From Vulcanimicrobiota bacterium (GTDB lineage Bacteria; Vulcanimicrobiota; Vulcanimicrobiia; Vulcanimicrobiales; Vulcanimicrobiaceae): a stretch of 64,000 nt of DNA. The notes beneath the pieces are model-generated. The model saw nothing but the letters and a program-made list of their open reading frames with translations. It searched no databases and was not told the origin of the DNA. The stretch covers positions 64,001 through 128,000 of the forward strand of contig CAVZQC010000006.1 in assembly GCA_963777315.1 (NCBI GenBank), read 5' to 3'. Below, in pieces: positions 1 through 10,000 of the stretch. A program made the position numbers and the translations under genes. Positions within the stretch are counted from its first letter, which is position 1. Each line of letters begins with the position of its first letter.

Positions 1-295
1 GCGTCACCCGCAAAACGGTGTGGCCGACCTGAAAGGGAACGCCGATTTCCAGCCGCACTTCTTGCGTGATCGGATGGTCGTCCATTCGCGTTCCGTTCCG
101 GCTCTGCAGATCGGATAGCAAGAGCAGCCCTGCTTGGTTGCGCAGCCGCGCGTGACGGCGTGAAACGTAGCGATCCAGCGTTATGCAGGCCTCCGCAACC
201 GTTTCGTCCCGACCGATGACGATTTCGTGTTCGAACGGCCACGTTTTGCCGTCGAGCGGGCCGCTGAGCACCTCCAAGAGATAGATCGCGGACAT
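1..295 (-). CDS. FHA domain-containing protein (runs off window start)
   Basis: Manual translation from ATG at 295: MSAIYLLEVLSGPLDGKTWPFEHEIVIGRD...VSRRHARL...SDLQSRNGT. It has the GR, SxxH and NGT FHA motifs. No stop before base 1. Confidence 0.85.
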   Translation of the reverse strand, partial: MSAIYLLEVLSGPLDGKTWPFEHEIVIGRDETVAEACITLDRYVSRRHARLRNQAGLLLLSDLQSRNGTRMDDHPITQEVRLEIGVPFQVGHTVLRVT

Positions 296-437
296 GGCGC
301 AGGCGCTTTCGCCTCGAAAAGCAAGTGGCCCTGGGGACACGTGGGTATGATGCCTGCAGCCCATTAACAATTCCGATACACGTGACGATACTTTCTAAGT
401 GACGCAATGGACACCGGAGCAGAGCGCTGAGGCGGGG

Positions 438-650
438 ATGAACGATAGGATCGACGAGTTGCTGCACCTGATCGAGGTCGAGCCGGACGCGCTGCGTGAA
501 GCCGAATTCATGCAGGCGCAAGCGATCCTTGAAACGATGGTCGGCAAAACCATTGCGGCGGCGGAAATCGAAGAAACGCGCATCGTCGTCACGATGGACG
601 ACGGCAACAAATACTTCTTCTACGGTTTCTTGGGCGAAAAGAGCGACTAG
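438..650 (+). CDS. Hypothetical small acidic protein
   Basis: ORF 399..650. ATG at 438 follows a G-rich SD-like stretch. Protein-like composition, no recognised motif. Confidence 0.6.
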   Translation: MNDRIDELLHLIEVEPDALREAEFMQAQAILETMVGKTIAAAEIEETRIVVTMDDGNKYFFYGFLGEKSD

Positions 651-658
651 CAGGCCTG

Positions 659-1021
659 CTAGGCGCGAGCGCGCTGCTGCAGCTCGTGGATATGTTCCAC
701 GATAGCGCTTTGATCGGCGGCTGCGATTTGCGTGAAAGCGATGCCGTGAGCGAACTGCTGTTTGCCGGCGTCGAAGAACGAGAGCACGACGCGGCCGCGC
801 ACCATCATCTGATGACCGCTGTCCGCCAGCGTAAAGCGCAGCGTGACGCTTTGGCCCGGACTCAAATCATTTTTGGTAATGACGCGCACGCCGCCTCCGC
901 TCAAGTCCACGGCATTGCCGTACATGACGAGTTCACCGCCCGGAACGATGACGGTCACGGGGAAATCGACGGCTGCGCGAAAGAACCGTCGTTGTTGTGG
1001 TGAGCCCGGTTGCGAGGACAC
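659..1021 (-). CDS. Single-domain PilZ protein
   Basis: RRFFR (RxxxR) and DLSGGG (DxSxxG) c-di-GMP-binding motifs; ends HGIAF. Confidence 0.9.
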   Translation of the reverse strand: MSSQPGSPQQRRFFRAAVDFPVTVIVPGGELVMYGNAVDLSGGGVRVITKNDLSPGQSVTLRFTLADSGHQMMVRGRVVLSFFDAGKQQFAHGIAFTQIAAADQSAIVEHIHELQQRARA

Positions 1022-1045
1022 GGGCGTAGAGGTTCGGGGCGACCT

Positions 1046-2296
1046 TTAAAGGCCCTGCGCAGCGAACAGCGCTCCGAGCATAACGTGCTCGGCGAGCGCA
1101 CCGCCTTGCAAGTAGACTTCGTACGGCTCGCGCAGCGGCGCGTCGCACGATAATTCACTGGTAGCGCCTGCGACGAAGGCGCCGCTCGACATAATGACGT
1201 GCTCGCGGTAACCCGGCACGCTGCCGGGCACCGGACGAAAGCGCGCATTGATGGGCAGCGCCGTTTGTAACGCTTGCGCAAAGCGCTGGAGTTTGCGTGC
1301 GCTGCCCAGGCGAATCGCCTGCACTACGTCGGTGCGCGGCTGTCCCGCGCGAGGGTCGACGGCGTACCCGAGCTCTGCGAAGAGCGCTGCTGCAAAATCC
1401 AAACCGCGCAGCGTCTGTTCGACCAGCAGCGGCGCGACGAACAGTCCTTGGATGAGCGCACGCCCCATACCCAGCGTCGGACCCAGTGCGTCGCCCAAGC
1501 CTGGAGCATACACCCGCGCGGCGACGCGCTCGACCAAATCGGCCCGGCCGGCAACGTATCCGCCCGCAGGTGCGAGCGTCCCGCCCAAATTCTTTATCAG
1601 CGAACCCATGACGAGATCGGCGCCCACGTGCGTGGGTTCTTGCGCCTCGACCAGCTCGCCGTAGCAGTTGTCGACCAGAACGGCTACGTCGGGGCGCGAT
1701 TCCCGCACGCGCGCGAAGGCCGCGGCGCATTGCGACACGTTAACCGACGGCCGCGCAGCATAACCGCGCGAACGCTGCACGAACACCGCTGCAACGCGAT
1801 CGTCCTGCAGCTCGCGAGCGACCGCATCGAGGTCGAACGGCGATTCGTCGCGAGCGTGCCGCAGCGCAACCTCCCGATATCCCATGCCCGCCTGCACCAA
1901 GTTGTGCGGCGCCTGCGCTATCGCGTTGCGCAGCGTATCGTACGGAGTGCCGGTTATGCTCAGCAAGATTTTTCCCGGCGGGACGCAGGCAGCAATTGCG
2001 GCCGCGATGGCGTGCGTTCCGCTGGCGAACGTTAGGCGCGCAAGCACGCGCTGCACGCCGAAAATGCGCGCCAGCAGCGATTCATACCGTTCGCGCGCGG
2101 CGTCGCCGTATCCATATCCGGTCGAGCCGGCCAAATCGGAATCGACGATTCCTTCTTGCAAAAACGCCGAAAGCACGCCGGCTTTAACGTGCGCTTGCGG
2201 CTCGTACCGCAGCGTGCAAACGCTTTCGTACGCGCGGCGTGCCGCATCGCGTACGGCATCCGTGATGCCGAAGCGATCGCACAAAATATCGATCAC
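1046..2296 (-). CDS. Methionine gamma-lyase family / aluminium-resistance protein (YnbB-like, PLP-dependent)
   Basis: STGYGYGD, SGTHAI, GTPYDTL, VQRSRGY, VDNCYGE, GSLIKNLGG, ELSCDAP motifs. GTG at 2296 overlaps the upstream TGA (GTGA). Confidence 0.9.
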   Translation of the reverse strand: MIDILCDRFGITDAVRDAARRAYESVCTLRYEPQAHVKAGVLSAFLQEGIVDSDLAGSTGYGYGDAARERYESLLARIFGVQRVLARLTFASGTHAIAAAIAACVPPGKILLSITGTPYDTLRNAIAQAPHNLVQAGMGYREVALRHARDESPFDLDAVARELQDDRVAAVFVQRSRGYAARPSVNVSQCAAAFARVRESRPDVAVLVDNCYGELVEAQEPTHVGADLVMGSLIKNLGGTLAPAGGYVAGRADLVERVAARVYAPGLGDALGPTLGMGRALIQGLFVAPLLVEQTLRGLDFAAALFAELGYAVDPRAGQPRTDVVQAIRLGSARKLQRFAQALQTALPINARFRPVPGSVPGYREHVIMSSGAFVAGATSELSCDAPLREPYEVYLQGGALAEHVMLGALFAAQGL

Positions 2297-3405
2297 GCCG
2301 ATATGCGGGCTTCGTGCCGTTCGTAGGCTCGCACGAACGGAATGTAGAGCAGCGTCGCAACGCCGACGTTCACGCAAATCAGTGCAACGGCGCGCACGTC
2401 CAGCGTGGCCAGATACGTCGACGCTACCGCCGGCAGGCTGGAGGGAACGTACAGCGCGGGGCGCGCTACCATGCCGTGCGCTATCGCGAAATACGATATC
2501 GTCGCCAGCACGACCGGCACCGCCACGAACGGCACGGCCAGAAACGGATTGAAGACGATCGGAAGGCCGAAAACCAGCGGTTCGTTGAGATTGAAGATCG
2601 CCGGCACGATCGTCAGACGCCCGATCTTGCGAAGACGCTCGACCTTGCTCATTGCAAGCAGCGCCGCCAGCGGCAGCGTGGCGCCCGCACCGCCGGGAAA
2701 GACGAACAAAAAAAGCGACACGACGACGATGTGCGGCAGCGGCCGGTGGTGGCCGAATGCGGCCGTGTTTTGTAATTGCAGCGTCAGATAGACGGGCGTC
2801 ACGATGGCCGCCAGCGTAGCCGGCCCGTGAATGCCGCACAGCCACAGCAGCGTTTCGGCCAGCGTAATGATCAGCAGCGCGGCGTACGTGTCGCCCAAAC
2901 GCCCCATCGGCGCAAGCGCGGCGATCAGTTCGTTTCCCAAAGAGAAATGCATCTGGAACAGCGCCGCGCCGGCGGTAAGCACGAGCGCCGCGCCTGCGTA
3001 ATCGGCGACCGGCGCCCACGGCAAAATGCGGCGCAGCGCCATGCAGGCGGCGACCACGGCGAGCGCGACGACGATCGCCAAGAACAGCCCGCTTTCGCCG
3101 ACGCGATGCAGATATCCAAGCGGATCGGCAGCCGTGAACGGACGCGGTAATGCCAAGGCAAAAGCGCATGCCGCGCCCGCGACGACTGCGAGGCGAGAAA
3201 GCCGCAGCCGAATCGCCAATCGGTACGCCAAGATGACGACCAGCGCGGCCGCCATCACTCCAAACGCCGGCAGTTCCGCCAGAGAAACCCGCTTCAAAAA
3301 GCCGGCAAAGAACGGCGCGTGAACCGGAACGAGCGCCACGAATGCAACGAGGCCGCCGATCAGGCCCGCCAGGCTCCACGGAAGGCTTTCGCGCACGGCA
3401 AGCAT
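2293..3405 (-). CDS. PTS transporter EIIC component, lactose/cellobiose family (stand-alone)
   Basis: Multi-TM protein with LWLCGIHG, GGAGATL and IFNLNEPLVFGLPIVFNP motifs. ATG at 3405 chosen just downstream of the lexA stop. Confidence 0.85.
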   Translation of the reverse strand: MLAVRESLPWSLAGLIGGLVAFVALVPVHAPFFAGFLKRVSLAELPAFGVMAAALVVILAYRLAIRLRLSRLAVVAGAACAFALALPRPFTAADPLGYLHRVGESGLFLAIVVALAVVAACMALRRILPWAPVADYAGAALVLTAGAALFQMHFSLGNELIAALAPMGRLGDTYAALLIITLAETLLWLCGIHGPATLAAIVTPVYLTLQLQNTAAFGHHRPLPHIVVVSLFLFVFPGGAGATLPLAALLAMSKVERLRKIGRLTIVPAIFNLNEPLVFGLPIVFNPFLAVPFVAVPVVLATISYFAIAHGMVARPALYVPSSLPAVASTYLATLDVRAVALICVNVGVATLLYIPFVRAYERHEARISA

Positions 3406-3430
3406 GGCCGGCGCGTCGGCGAACGTGCTG

Positions 3431-4039
3431 CTAGAGCTTGCGAACCACGGCTTCGACGCGACCGACGATAGCGACATCGCTTGCGTAGATTGGCTCCATT
3501 GCCGCATTCTCCGGCTGCAAACGAACGCGACCATCCTCTTTGTAAAATCTCTTTACCGTCGCTTCACCGTCGAGCATGGCCACCACGATCTGCCCGTTTT
3601 CGGCCGAGCGTTGCGGCTGTACGACGATCAGATCGCCGTCGAGTATGGCAGCGTCGATCATGGAGTCGCCTTGGACGCGCAGCATGAAGCCGTGCGACGC
3701 GCGCGCAAACGCCGCGGGCAGAACGAATTCGCCCTCGATGTTTTCCTGCGCCGTTATCGGAACGCCGGCCGCGACTTTGCCCACGACCGGCAGCACAATG
3801 GTTTCCGGAACCGCCGAGCCGGAGTCGGGTATCGTGCTTCGCAGCGCGCGCGGTTTGGTGGGATCGCGGCTGATGAGACCGCGCCGTTCCAGCGTTTTGA
3901 GATGCGCGTGTATGGTGGACGATGAGGAAAGCCCGACGCGCTCTCCGATCTCGCGGACCGACGGCGGGTACCCGCGTTCGGCCGTAAACCGGCGAATGAC
4001 GTCCAAAATCCGCTGCTGTCGCTCGGTGGTTTGTTCCAT
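3431..4039 (-). CDS. lexA: SOS repressor LexA
   Basis: GYPPSVREIG HTH, VAAG cleavage site, GDSM (Ser) and TVKR (Lys) catalytic motifs. GGAGG SD before ATG 4039. Confidence 0.97.
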   Translation of the reverse strand: MEQTTERQQRILDVIRRFTAERGYPPSVREIGERVGLSSSSTIHAHLKTLERRGLISRDPTKPRALRSTIPDSGSAVPETIVLPVVGKVAAGVPITAQENIEGEFVLPAAFARASHGFMLRVQGDSMIDAAILDGDLIVVQPQRSAENGQIVVAMLDGEATVKRFYKEDGRVRLQPENAAMEPIYASDVAIVGRVEAVVRKL

Positions 4040-4111
4040 GCGCCTCCCCTGGGATGCCATGCCCCTGGCATGCCAGCCGGATACAACCCTACCATAACCT
4101 TGCCCGTAAGG

Positions 4112-4227
4112 CAAACATGTGTTCGCAAGGCCTTGACACTCGTCGGCGGCGCCGTGGTAAAATTCTAGTAGCCGAACACGCGTTTGGCCCAAAATATGGG
4201 TAGGGTAGTACAGCGAACGGGCGTTCG
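4112..4227. promoter_or_regulatory. Three Gram-positive-type SOS boxes and a sigma70-type promoter in the lexA/yneA divergent spacer
   Basis: CAAAC-atgt-GTTCG 4112-4125, CGAAC-acgc-GTTTG 4173-4186, CGAAC-gggc-GTTCG 4214-4227. TTGACA 4133-4138 and extended -10 TGgTAAAAT 4155-4163 on +. Confidence 0.85.
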
Positions 4228-4254
4228 CCGCAAGATACAGTAAGGAGCACAGCC

Positions 4255-4542
4255 GTGCGCAAGCGCAAACGATTCACCTTGATGCCTCTGATCACGCTGG
4301 CCGCGCTAAGCGCGATGGTGACGGTGCCGGCGCTCTCGAGCATGCATCTGTACGCCGCGACCGCACAGCGCTATGCCACCGTCGTCGTTCAGCCCGGCGA
4401 CACGCTCTGGAGTATTGCGGCGGCCAAAACGTCGCGCGACGGCGACGTGCAGGAAACGATCGATCGCGTCACCGAGGTCAACCACCTTCGCGGCGCGTCC
4501 CTCTCGCCGGGTCAGCACCTTCGCGTACCTCTGTCCTACTGA
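4255..4542 (+). CDS. LysM-domain membrane protein, YneA-like SOS cell-division inhibitor
   Basis: N-terminal TM segment, LysM motif VVQPGDTLWSIA...LSPGQHLRVP. TAAGGAG SD. Divergent from lexA, downstream of SOS boxes. Confidence 0.85.
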   Translation: MRKRKRFTLMPLITLAALSAMVTVPALSSMHLYAATAQRYATVVVQPGDTLWSIAAAKTSRDGDVQETIDRVTEVNHLRGASLSPGQHLRVPLSY

Positions 4543-4589
4543 GCCGCACTTCGCAACCCCGGTATCGAAGGACCCTGAGCGTGTCAGTC

Positions 4590-5108
4590 TTAGCGCGGTA
4601 TGTCGACGTCCTCGAACAGTTCGCCGGCGTCGAACCGCAACCACGTCAGCGCCGCCGATTTTATGCGATCCCCCACACGATAGCACACTGCTTCTTGACC
4701 TGGCGCATGCGCATACACGAGGCGATCCGACGGGTCCACGTCCAACACGAGTTCGCTGCCGTGCGAGAGGTATTGGGAGATTTTCGTGGCGGCCAGCGCC
4801 CGGCGGTGCGAGGGCGAGCGCACTTCGACGGCAACATCCGGAGCAAACGGCGGCTCTTCCGACCCCTCGTGCGTGAGCGGGCGAAGACGATCGTATGAAA
4901 CGTAGGCAACGTCGGGCACCAATTCCGTGCCCCGTGCAAGCTTGAAGCGCCACTCCGTACCTACGACGCCGCGTTCGCCGGCGCAGCGCTTCATTACCGT
5001 AGCAGCGGCGAACTGTACGACGGCATGGGTGCGCTTTGGGCTCACCTTGGGGTAGGGACTCCCGTCGATGTACTCGATTTCGGGCTTGTCAGAAAGAATA
5101 TCAGCCAT
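4590..5108 (-). CDS. Uma2 family endonuclease
   Basis: EYIDG, SPKRTHAVVQ, PDVAYV, APDVAVEVRSPS, KISQYL, LDVDP motifs. Confidence 0.9.
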   Translation of the reverse strand: MADILSDKPEIEYIDGSPYPKVSPKRTHAVVQFAAATVMKRCAGERGVVGTEWRFKLARGTELVPDVAYVSYDRLRPLTHEGSEEPPFAPDVAVEVRSPSHRRALAATKISQYLSHGSELVLDVDPSDRLVYAHAPGQEAVCYRVGDRIKSAALTWLRFDAGELFEDVDIPR

Positions 5109-5202
5109 TTGGTTTGCTCCACGCCAACTTATCACGCCTAAGCGTGAAGGTACAATGCTGCGGGCCTCGACAGAGTCGGCGTGCCTTCGAAGCTTACGAC
5201 GA

Positions 5203-5925
5203 CTAATGTTTTGCGAAAGAGTCCGACAGCAGCTGAAAATCGACGATCGATCCGCCGAGATCGCCGTTGCTGCTGGTGTCCGTTACGAGATGCGCCTTCA
5301 CCGGAAGCGACACTGCGGGATCGTACTGAAGGGTCCCGTTCGTCGTGCTGACTTTGGGGCCAACGTGAAGTACGCGATTCACCGCAATCGTCACGACGCC
5401 GCCGTCGTCCTTTGTGACGGTATAATTGGACGTCACCGTTCCCGTACCTTGATTGAGCGGTTGATCGGTCTTCCAGTGTTTCTTGTCGTCCAGGCGCGAC
5501 GCATCGTAAAAGCCGCGGCCGAGATACGTCAGCAGAGTGGTGATTTCGCCTGTGACCTCGCCGGTTTGCGTTAAGTTTTGATCGCAGATGACGTTCTCGG
5601 GGTCGGCATACACCGCGCAGCGGATCGGCTGTTGCGGGCGGTCGGCCCGATCGACTTTCTCGGTCGCATCGACCACCAGACCGCCGTCTTGGGCGGCGGA
5701 CAACACGTCGACGGTGATCGTGCCGGATACACCGTTGGTGGAGGTCGTCTGGGAAATCTGGGCATAGCCGTGGCCGTTCGTAAAGCCGCTGTCCATGCCG
5801 GAATCAAAACCGTGCACGTCGATCGCGTAATGGTAGACGACGACCCGCAGCGGCGCGGCGTAAGCCCCAAGCGGCGCAGCAAAAATCGCCGCCATCAACA
5901 CGCAGATAGCAAGTCGTCGTATCAT
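5203..5925 (-). CDS. Hypothetical exported beta-rich protein
   Basis: Sec signal MIRRLAICVLMAAIFAAPLGAYA. AAGGAGG SD. No recognised family. Confidence 0.75.
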   Translation of the reverse strand: MIRRLAICVLMAAIFAAPLGAYAAPLRVVVYHYAIDVHGFDSGMDSGFTNGHGYAQISQTTSTNGVSGTITVDVLSAAQDGGLVVDATEKVDRADRPQQPIRCAVYADPENVICDQNLTQTGEVTGEITTLLTYLGRGFYDASRLDDKKHWKTDQPLNQGTGTVTSNYTVTKDDGGVVTIAVNRVLHVGPKVSTTNGTLQYDPAVSLPVKAHLVTDTSSNGDLGGSIVDFQLLSDSFAKH

Positions 5926-6014
5926 GGTGCCTCCTTTGAACGCGGGAACTCTTCAGCGAAATTGCAGCCGGGTCCTCAATTCCGCAAAAGCGTACCACCG
6001 GCGCGGATCCTCGT

Positions 6015-6227
6015 TCAAGTGCGTTTGGTCACGACGATGACGCTGTGGCCCTGATGCTCGCCCAGGAATTCCAGGCCCTCGGCGATCCACGTGTCCAGGC
6101 CGCCGTGCGAATGTTTTGCGACCTCTCGCACGACGTGGACGCGGTCCCGCAGCCACGACAGTTCCGAACGCGTGGTTGCGGGCCAAACGGCGACTTCACA
6201 GTCTTCGCATTGGTAACCGGCTTTCAT
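6015..6227 (-). CDS. Small hypothetical protein with CxxC and HxxH (possible Zn-binding)
   Basis: 70 aa ORF, YQCEDC near the N-terminus and HQGH near the C-terminus. Confidence 0.65.
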   Translation of the reverse strand: MKAGYQCEDCEVAVWPATTRSELSWLRDRVHVVREVAKHSHGGLDTWIAEGLEFLGEHQGHSVIVVTKRT

Positions 6228-6636
6228 GCGCCCCGGATCTCTACGATCTCTACGCGCTCAGAACGCGACGCGTAATTTGCGAACTGCCGGTCGGTCGTGA
6301 GTAACGTAAGTCCATCGATTTGCGCTTGCGCTATCAGCATCCGGTCGAACGGATCGGAATGGGCATCGGCAAGAGCGCACGGCGAGCGCGTGAAGGATTC
6401 GGATGGCAAGTGCGGAAAATCTGGCTGCTTGCATGCGGTGTCGTACGTACTCGGCCAAGTCGCCCGGCAGGGTCAACCTCCCGATAGCGCTTTTGGTTGC
6501 CATTTCCCATACCGACGCCGACGAGAGAAAGATGTCCTCTTCTAGACTCGCTATGAGCTCGATCGTCTTGCGCTTGAGTCTTTGCCGGCTCCAAAAAGTA
6601 GTGCAGAAAGACGTTGGTGTCCAGCAGAAGATTCAC
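6224..6636 (-). pseudogene. PIN-domain VapC toxin, multiply frameshifted (errors or decay)
   Basis: LLLDTNVFL, SSASVWEMATK and DPFDRMLIAQAQIDGLTLLTTD lie in different frames. Shifts near 6579 and 6360-6375. Confidence 0.85.
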
Positions 6637-6862
6637 TTGTAGAACTGCTTGAGCAGCTCCGTAGGCAAAGGCGCATCGAAGTCCTCGGCAATATAGCCGA
6701 GCCCTTCGTCCATTCCCGCACCGGCGCGCTTCGCCTTGCCGATAGGAACGAGCTTTGCGATCGGCTTTCCCCGGTTTTCGATAACGATATGCTCACCGCG
6801 CTGAACCTGCTTGAGCAATCCGACAAATGTGTTTTGGCTTCATAGACGCTGGCCGTCTTCAT
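6633..6862 (-). CDS. Phd/YefM family antitoxin (1-nt frameshift near 6820)
   Basis: MKTASVYEAKTHLS continues as LLKQVQRGEHIVIENRGKPIAKLVP...DFDAPLP in another frame. Span is 230 nt, one base short of whole codons. Confidence 0.85.
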
Positions 6863-6955
6863 TTCCAATATACCCCCACGCGCATTGTTGGTCAAGTTAT
6901 CTTGGTTACAACCACCCTACGGGAAAAATAACCGGCCGTTTGAGCTTATGAAAAC

Positions 6956-6985
6956 AAAGCGTCCCTGCAGCAGCAGGGACGCTTT
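6956..6985 (-). terminator. Intrinsic terminator downstream of TBDR 1
   Basis: Perfect 13-bp stem AAAGCGTCCCTGC-agca-GCAGGGACGCTTT, followed by GTTTT on the minus strand. Confidence 0.85.
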
Positions 6986-7018
6986 CGTGCCGCTTTCGGC
7001 CGGAGGTCAGGCTCAAGA

Positions 7019-10000
7019 CTAGAGTTTGATCTGCAGTTGGAAGTACGCGTTGAAGGGGAACGGCATACCGGCTCCATCAGAGCCCGGCCCGTACGGCAAG
7101 TACGACTGCTGATTCCACTTCTGATCCGCCAGGCCGTTTGCAGCAACGTCCGTCGGGCTCGTGCCGTTGTAGAAGTTGCTGGTATACAACCCGGTGGGAG
7201 CGTAGCCACAGAGATTAGGCCCAGGCGCATACGCCTTGGTCCAAGGTTCGCTGGAGCCGCCGAAGCACGTGTGCCACAGATTCGTCAGCGTGGCCATTGC
7301 CGTGAGCTTCGGTGAGATGTCGTAGCGCAACTGGAGGTTGAGCAACGCAATCCACGGTTCCCGGAACTGACCCGGTATGGCGAACTTCCCGGTCTGCGGA
7401 TTGGGGATGAACAACTGGCCGGCCACGGGCGATGGCGAGATGTTTCCTGCAATCAGCGTCTGGTAGTCGCATTGATTCGGGTTGGTTGACGGCGAAACGG
7501 TGGTGATTCCCGACGTTGCGGAGTTTGAACCGCACGCGCGCGGGTCTTGACCCGTTACGTCGAGCGGTCCGCCGTACGACGAGCCTTCCGAAACTTGGAC
7601 GCTCGGCGTGATGGCCCACCGCTGGTGCCGGTAGTTCAGGATCAGGGAGGTGACTATCGGCGAGTCGTAGCAGAAACACGCTTCGGGATTGTTCGTCAGC
7701 GACATGCCGGTGCTATATGCCGAGTACCAGCCGCTGGGATCGACGAGCGGCTGCGGAGCCATGTTGTAGTACGGGTTGGCGATGGCTCCCGCAGTACTGC
7801 ATGACGTCGGCGTCCCTGCGTCCGTTGTCGCAGGAGTGTAGCACGCAGAACCGCCGCCCGCTTTGGTCAGCGTGTTGAACTGCGTGATGGCGGTATCGGC
7901 CTGCGTGATTTGATTTGAACCGAAGTATTTGTCCTGGTATTGAACCTTCGCGTTCGTGTAGGTGAAGGCAAGCTGTCCGGAGAGCCCTTCGCGATTGAAG
8001 TCGCCCTTGCTGATTGCCGCCTCAACGCCGTAGCTGCGGAACTGCCCCACGGGGACCTGAGTTACGAAGTTCGGTCCGATGAAGGACTGCTGCTGATACC
8101 CCGACGTCATGTTGAAGAACGGGGTGATCTTCGCCGTGACGTCGGTTCCGTTGAATTGGTGCTCCAGCGAGAGATCCGACTGAAGCGACGATTGCAGCGG
8201 AATGGGGTGGAACGGGCTGTGGAAGCCCAGCGGCAGCGTGGCAGCCCACGTCGCGAGCGAGTTGCCGGAGCTGTTGAGGTACTGCAGCGATGCGGAGATC
8301 GGCGGCTGCGTATATTTGCCGACTTCACCCCGGATCACCGTGCGCGGGTCTACCGTATAGGTAAACGATGCACGCGGCGCAAGGTCGCGCAAGTCGTATG
8401 TAGCGGGCGAGGTCGCGCTGAAGGCCGGATGGGCGTATCCGGTGATCGGAATTCCGCCCGGACCAACGCTGCAGTTGGTGGTATAGAAGACCGGCGCCGG
8501 CGGCGGCTGACCGGGCTTGAGCGGTATGGTCAGCACTTGCCCGGCTCCGTTTTGGCAGACGTTCGTCTGCAGGATCTGGGCGAAGAACTGCGTTCCCGGC
8601 GTGAGCGGGGACAGATCGTACAGATAGTCGTCGAATCGAAGCCCCAGGTCGATGTTCAGCTTTTCGCTCGGACGGAAGTCGTCCGTGAGCGAAAGGAACG
8701 TGAACTTCGGTTTGACGGTGTTGTACGTGCCGTACGTGTCGCCGTTCTGGAGCGTTACCCACTGGGCGCCGGCCAATGCCGCGGGCGAACCCGCTGGAGC
8801 AACCGGATACGAGGTGGACCCCGCGACGTCACGTGCCGGACCCGTGCGGCAGCTCGACGGCTGACCGGTCGACGGATCGTAGCACGTGTACGTGCCGTTT
8901 TGATATGCCACGTACCCTAACGGCGATCCGCCGCCGAAGTAGTCTGTTGATCCATCCCGTATTGTTGAACCGCGAAACGGTGGCCGTCGTGTAGTTGGCC
9001 GTGAGCTGCAGCAAGTGCTTGGAATTGATTTGATCCGCCAGCTGCAGTTCGCCGCCCGCCGTATGCGTGATGAGGTCGTAGTTTGCGGCGACGTTCGGAG
9101 TGAACGGACCGCCGATGCCGTTCACGTACTCGTTGTACGTGGCGTCGGGTCCGGCTTGCGTCCAATCCGAGAAGAACGTATAGCCGAAAGCGCGTGCGTA
9201 CGCGTTCGGTCCGAGGGAATGCGTGTACTGGATCTTCGCGATCCCGGTGTCGTTGAAGATGCCGTCGCGCAGATCCGCCGGTACCTCGCTGTTTGGCGCG
9301 CGGTTCGGATTGCTCGACGGCTGAAGGTACGTCATCGTCGGCAACGCCGTGCCGTTGGGCTGAATCGGCGTGCCGAACGGCAGATTATATACGTTCGTCG
9401 CGTCGACGTAGTTGGGATAGTTCGGCGTACAGGTCGCGCCGTTGTAGACCCCGCTGGGAGGACAGTACGGCAAACCCGTGACCGCCTGCGTATACTGGGC
9501 GTACCCGCCGGCATCGTTGGGGCTCGTATACTCCGACGTGTTCATCGACGAAGCGCTCCACAGCAGCTGCAGATCGTCGCGCTGGCCGTCCTTGCGCGGA
9601 ATGCCGAAGTGCAGGTTGACGACGTCCTCGCGATCGGAGATCGTTGCGACGTTGCCGTAGAGTGCAGCAGCCTCATCCAAGTAGTAACACGACCCGTTGG
9701 TGAGCCACGGCTCGGTGCCCGCGGTCGGGGACGTGAGACCGTTGGCGCCGCCGCAGATCGGCCAGACGCCGCGTCCGTTCGATCCTGCATTGCCGACCGT
9801 GGAGCTGTACTGCGGATAGAAGTCGTACGTGCCGCCGAGGTTGAACAGCGACGCGCCGTTGCTGTTGTTGAGGTAGTTGAAGCCCTGGTTGTAACCGCTC
9901 AGGCCGACGTAGTAGCTGAAGTTGCGGTTGGGCGAAGCCCCGCCGGCTTCGATTTTGGCCTGATGGTAGAACTGCGGAACAGCGATGCTTCCGGACAGCG

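Noticed and set aside
6236..6253. 9-bp tandem repeat GATCTCTAC x2 as a target-site duplication of the TA module
   Set aside because: The copies are adjacent rather than flanking, and there is no transposase or terminal inverted repeat.
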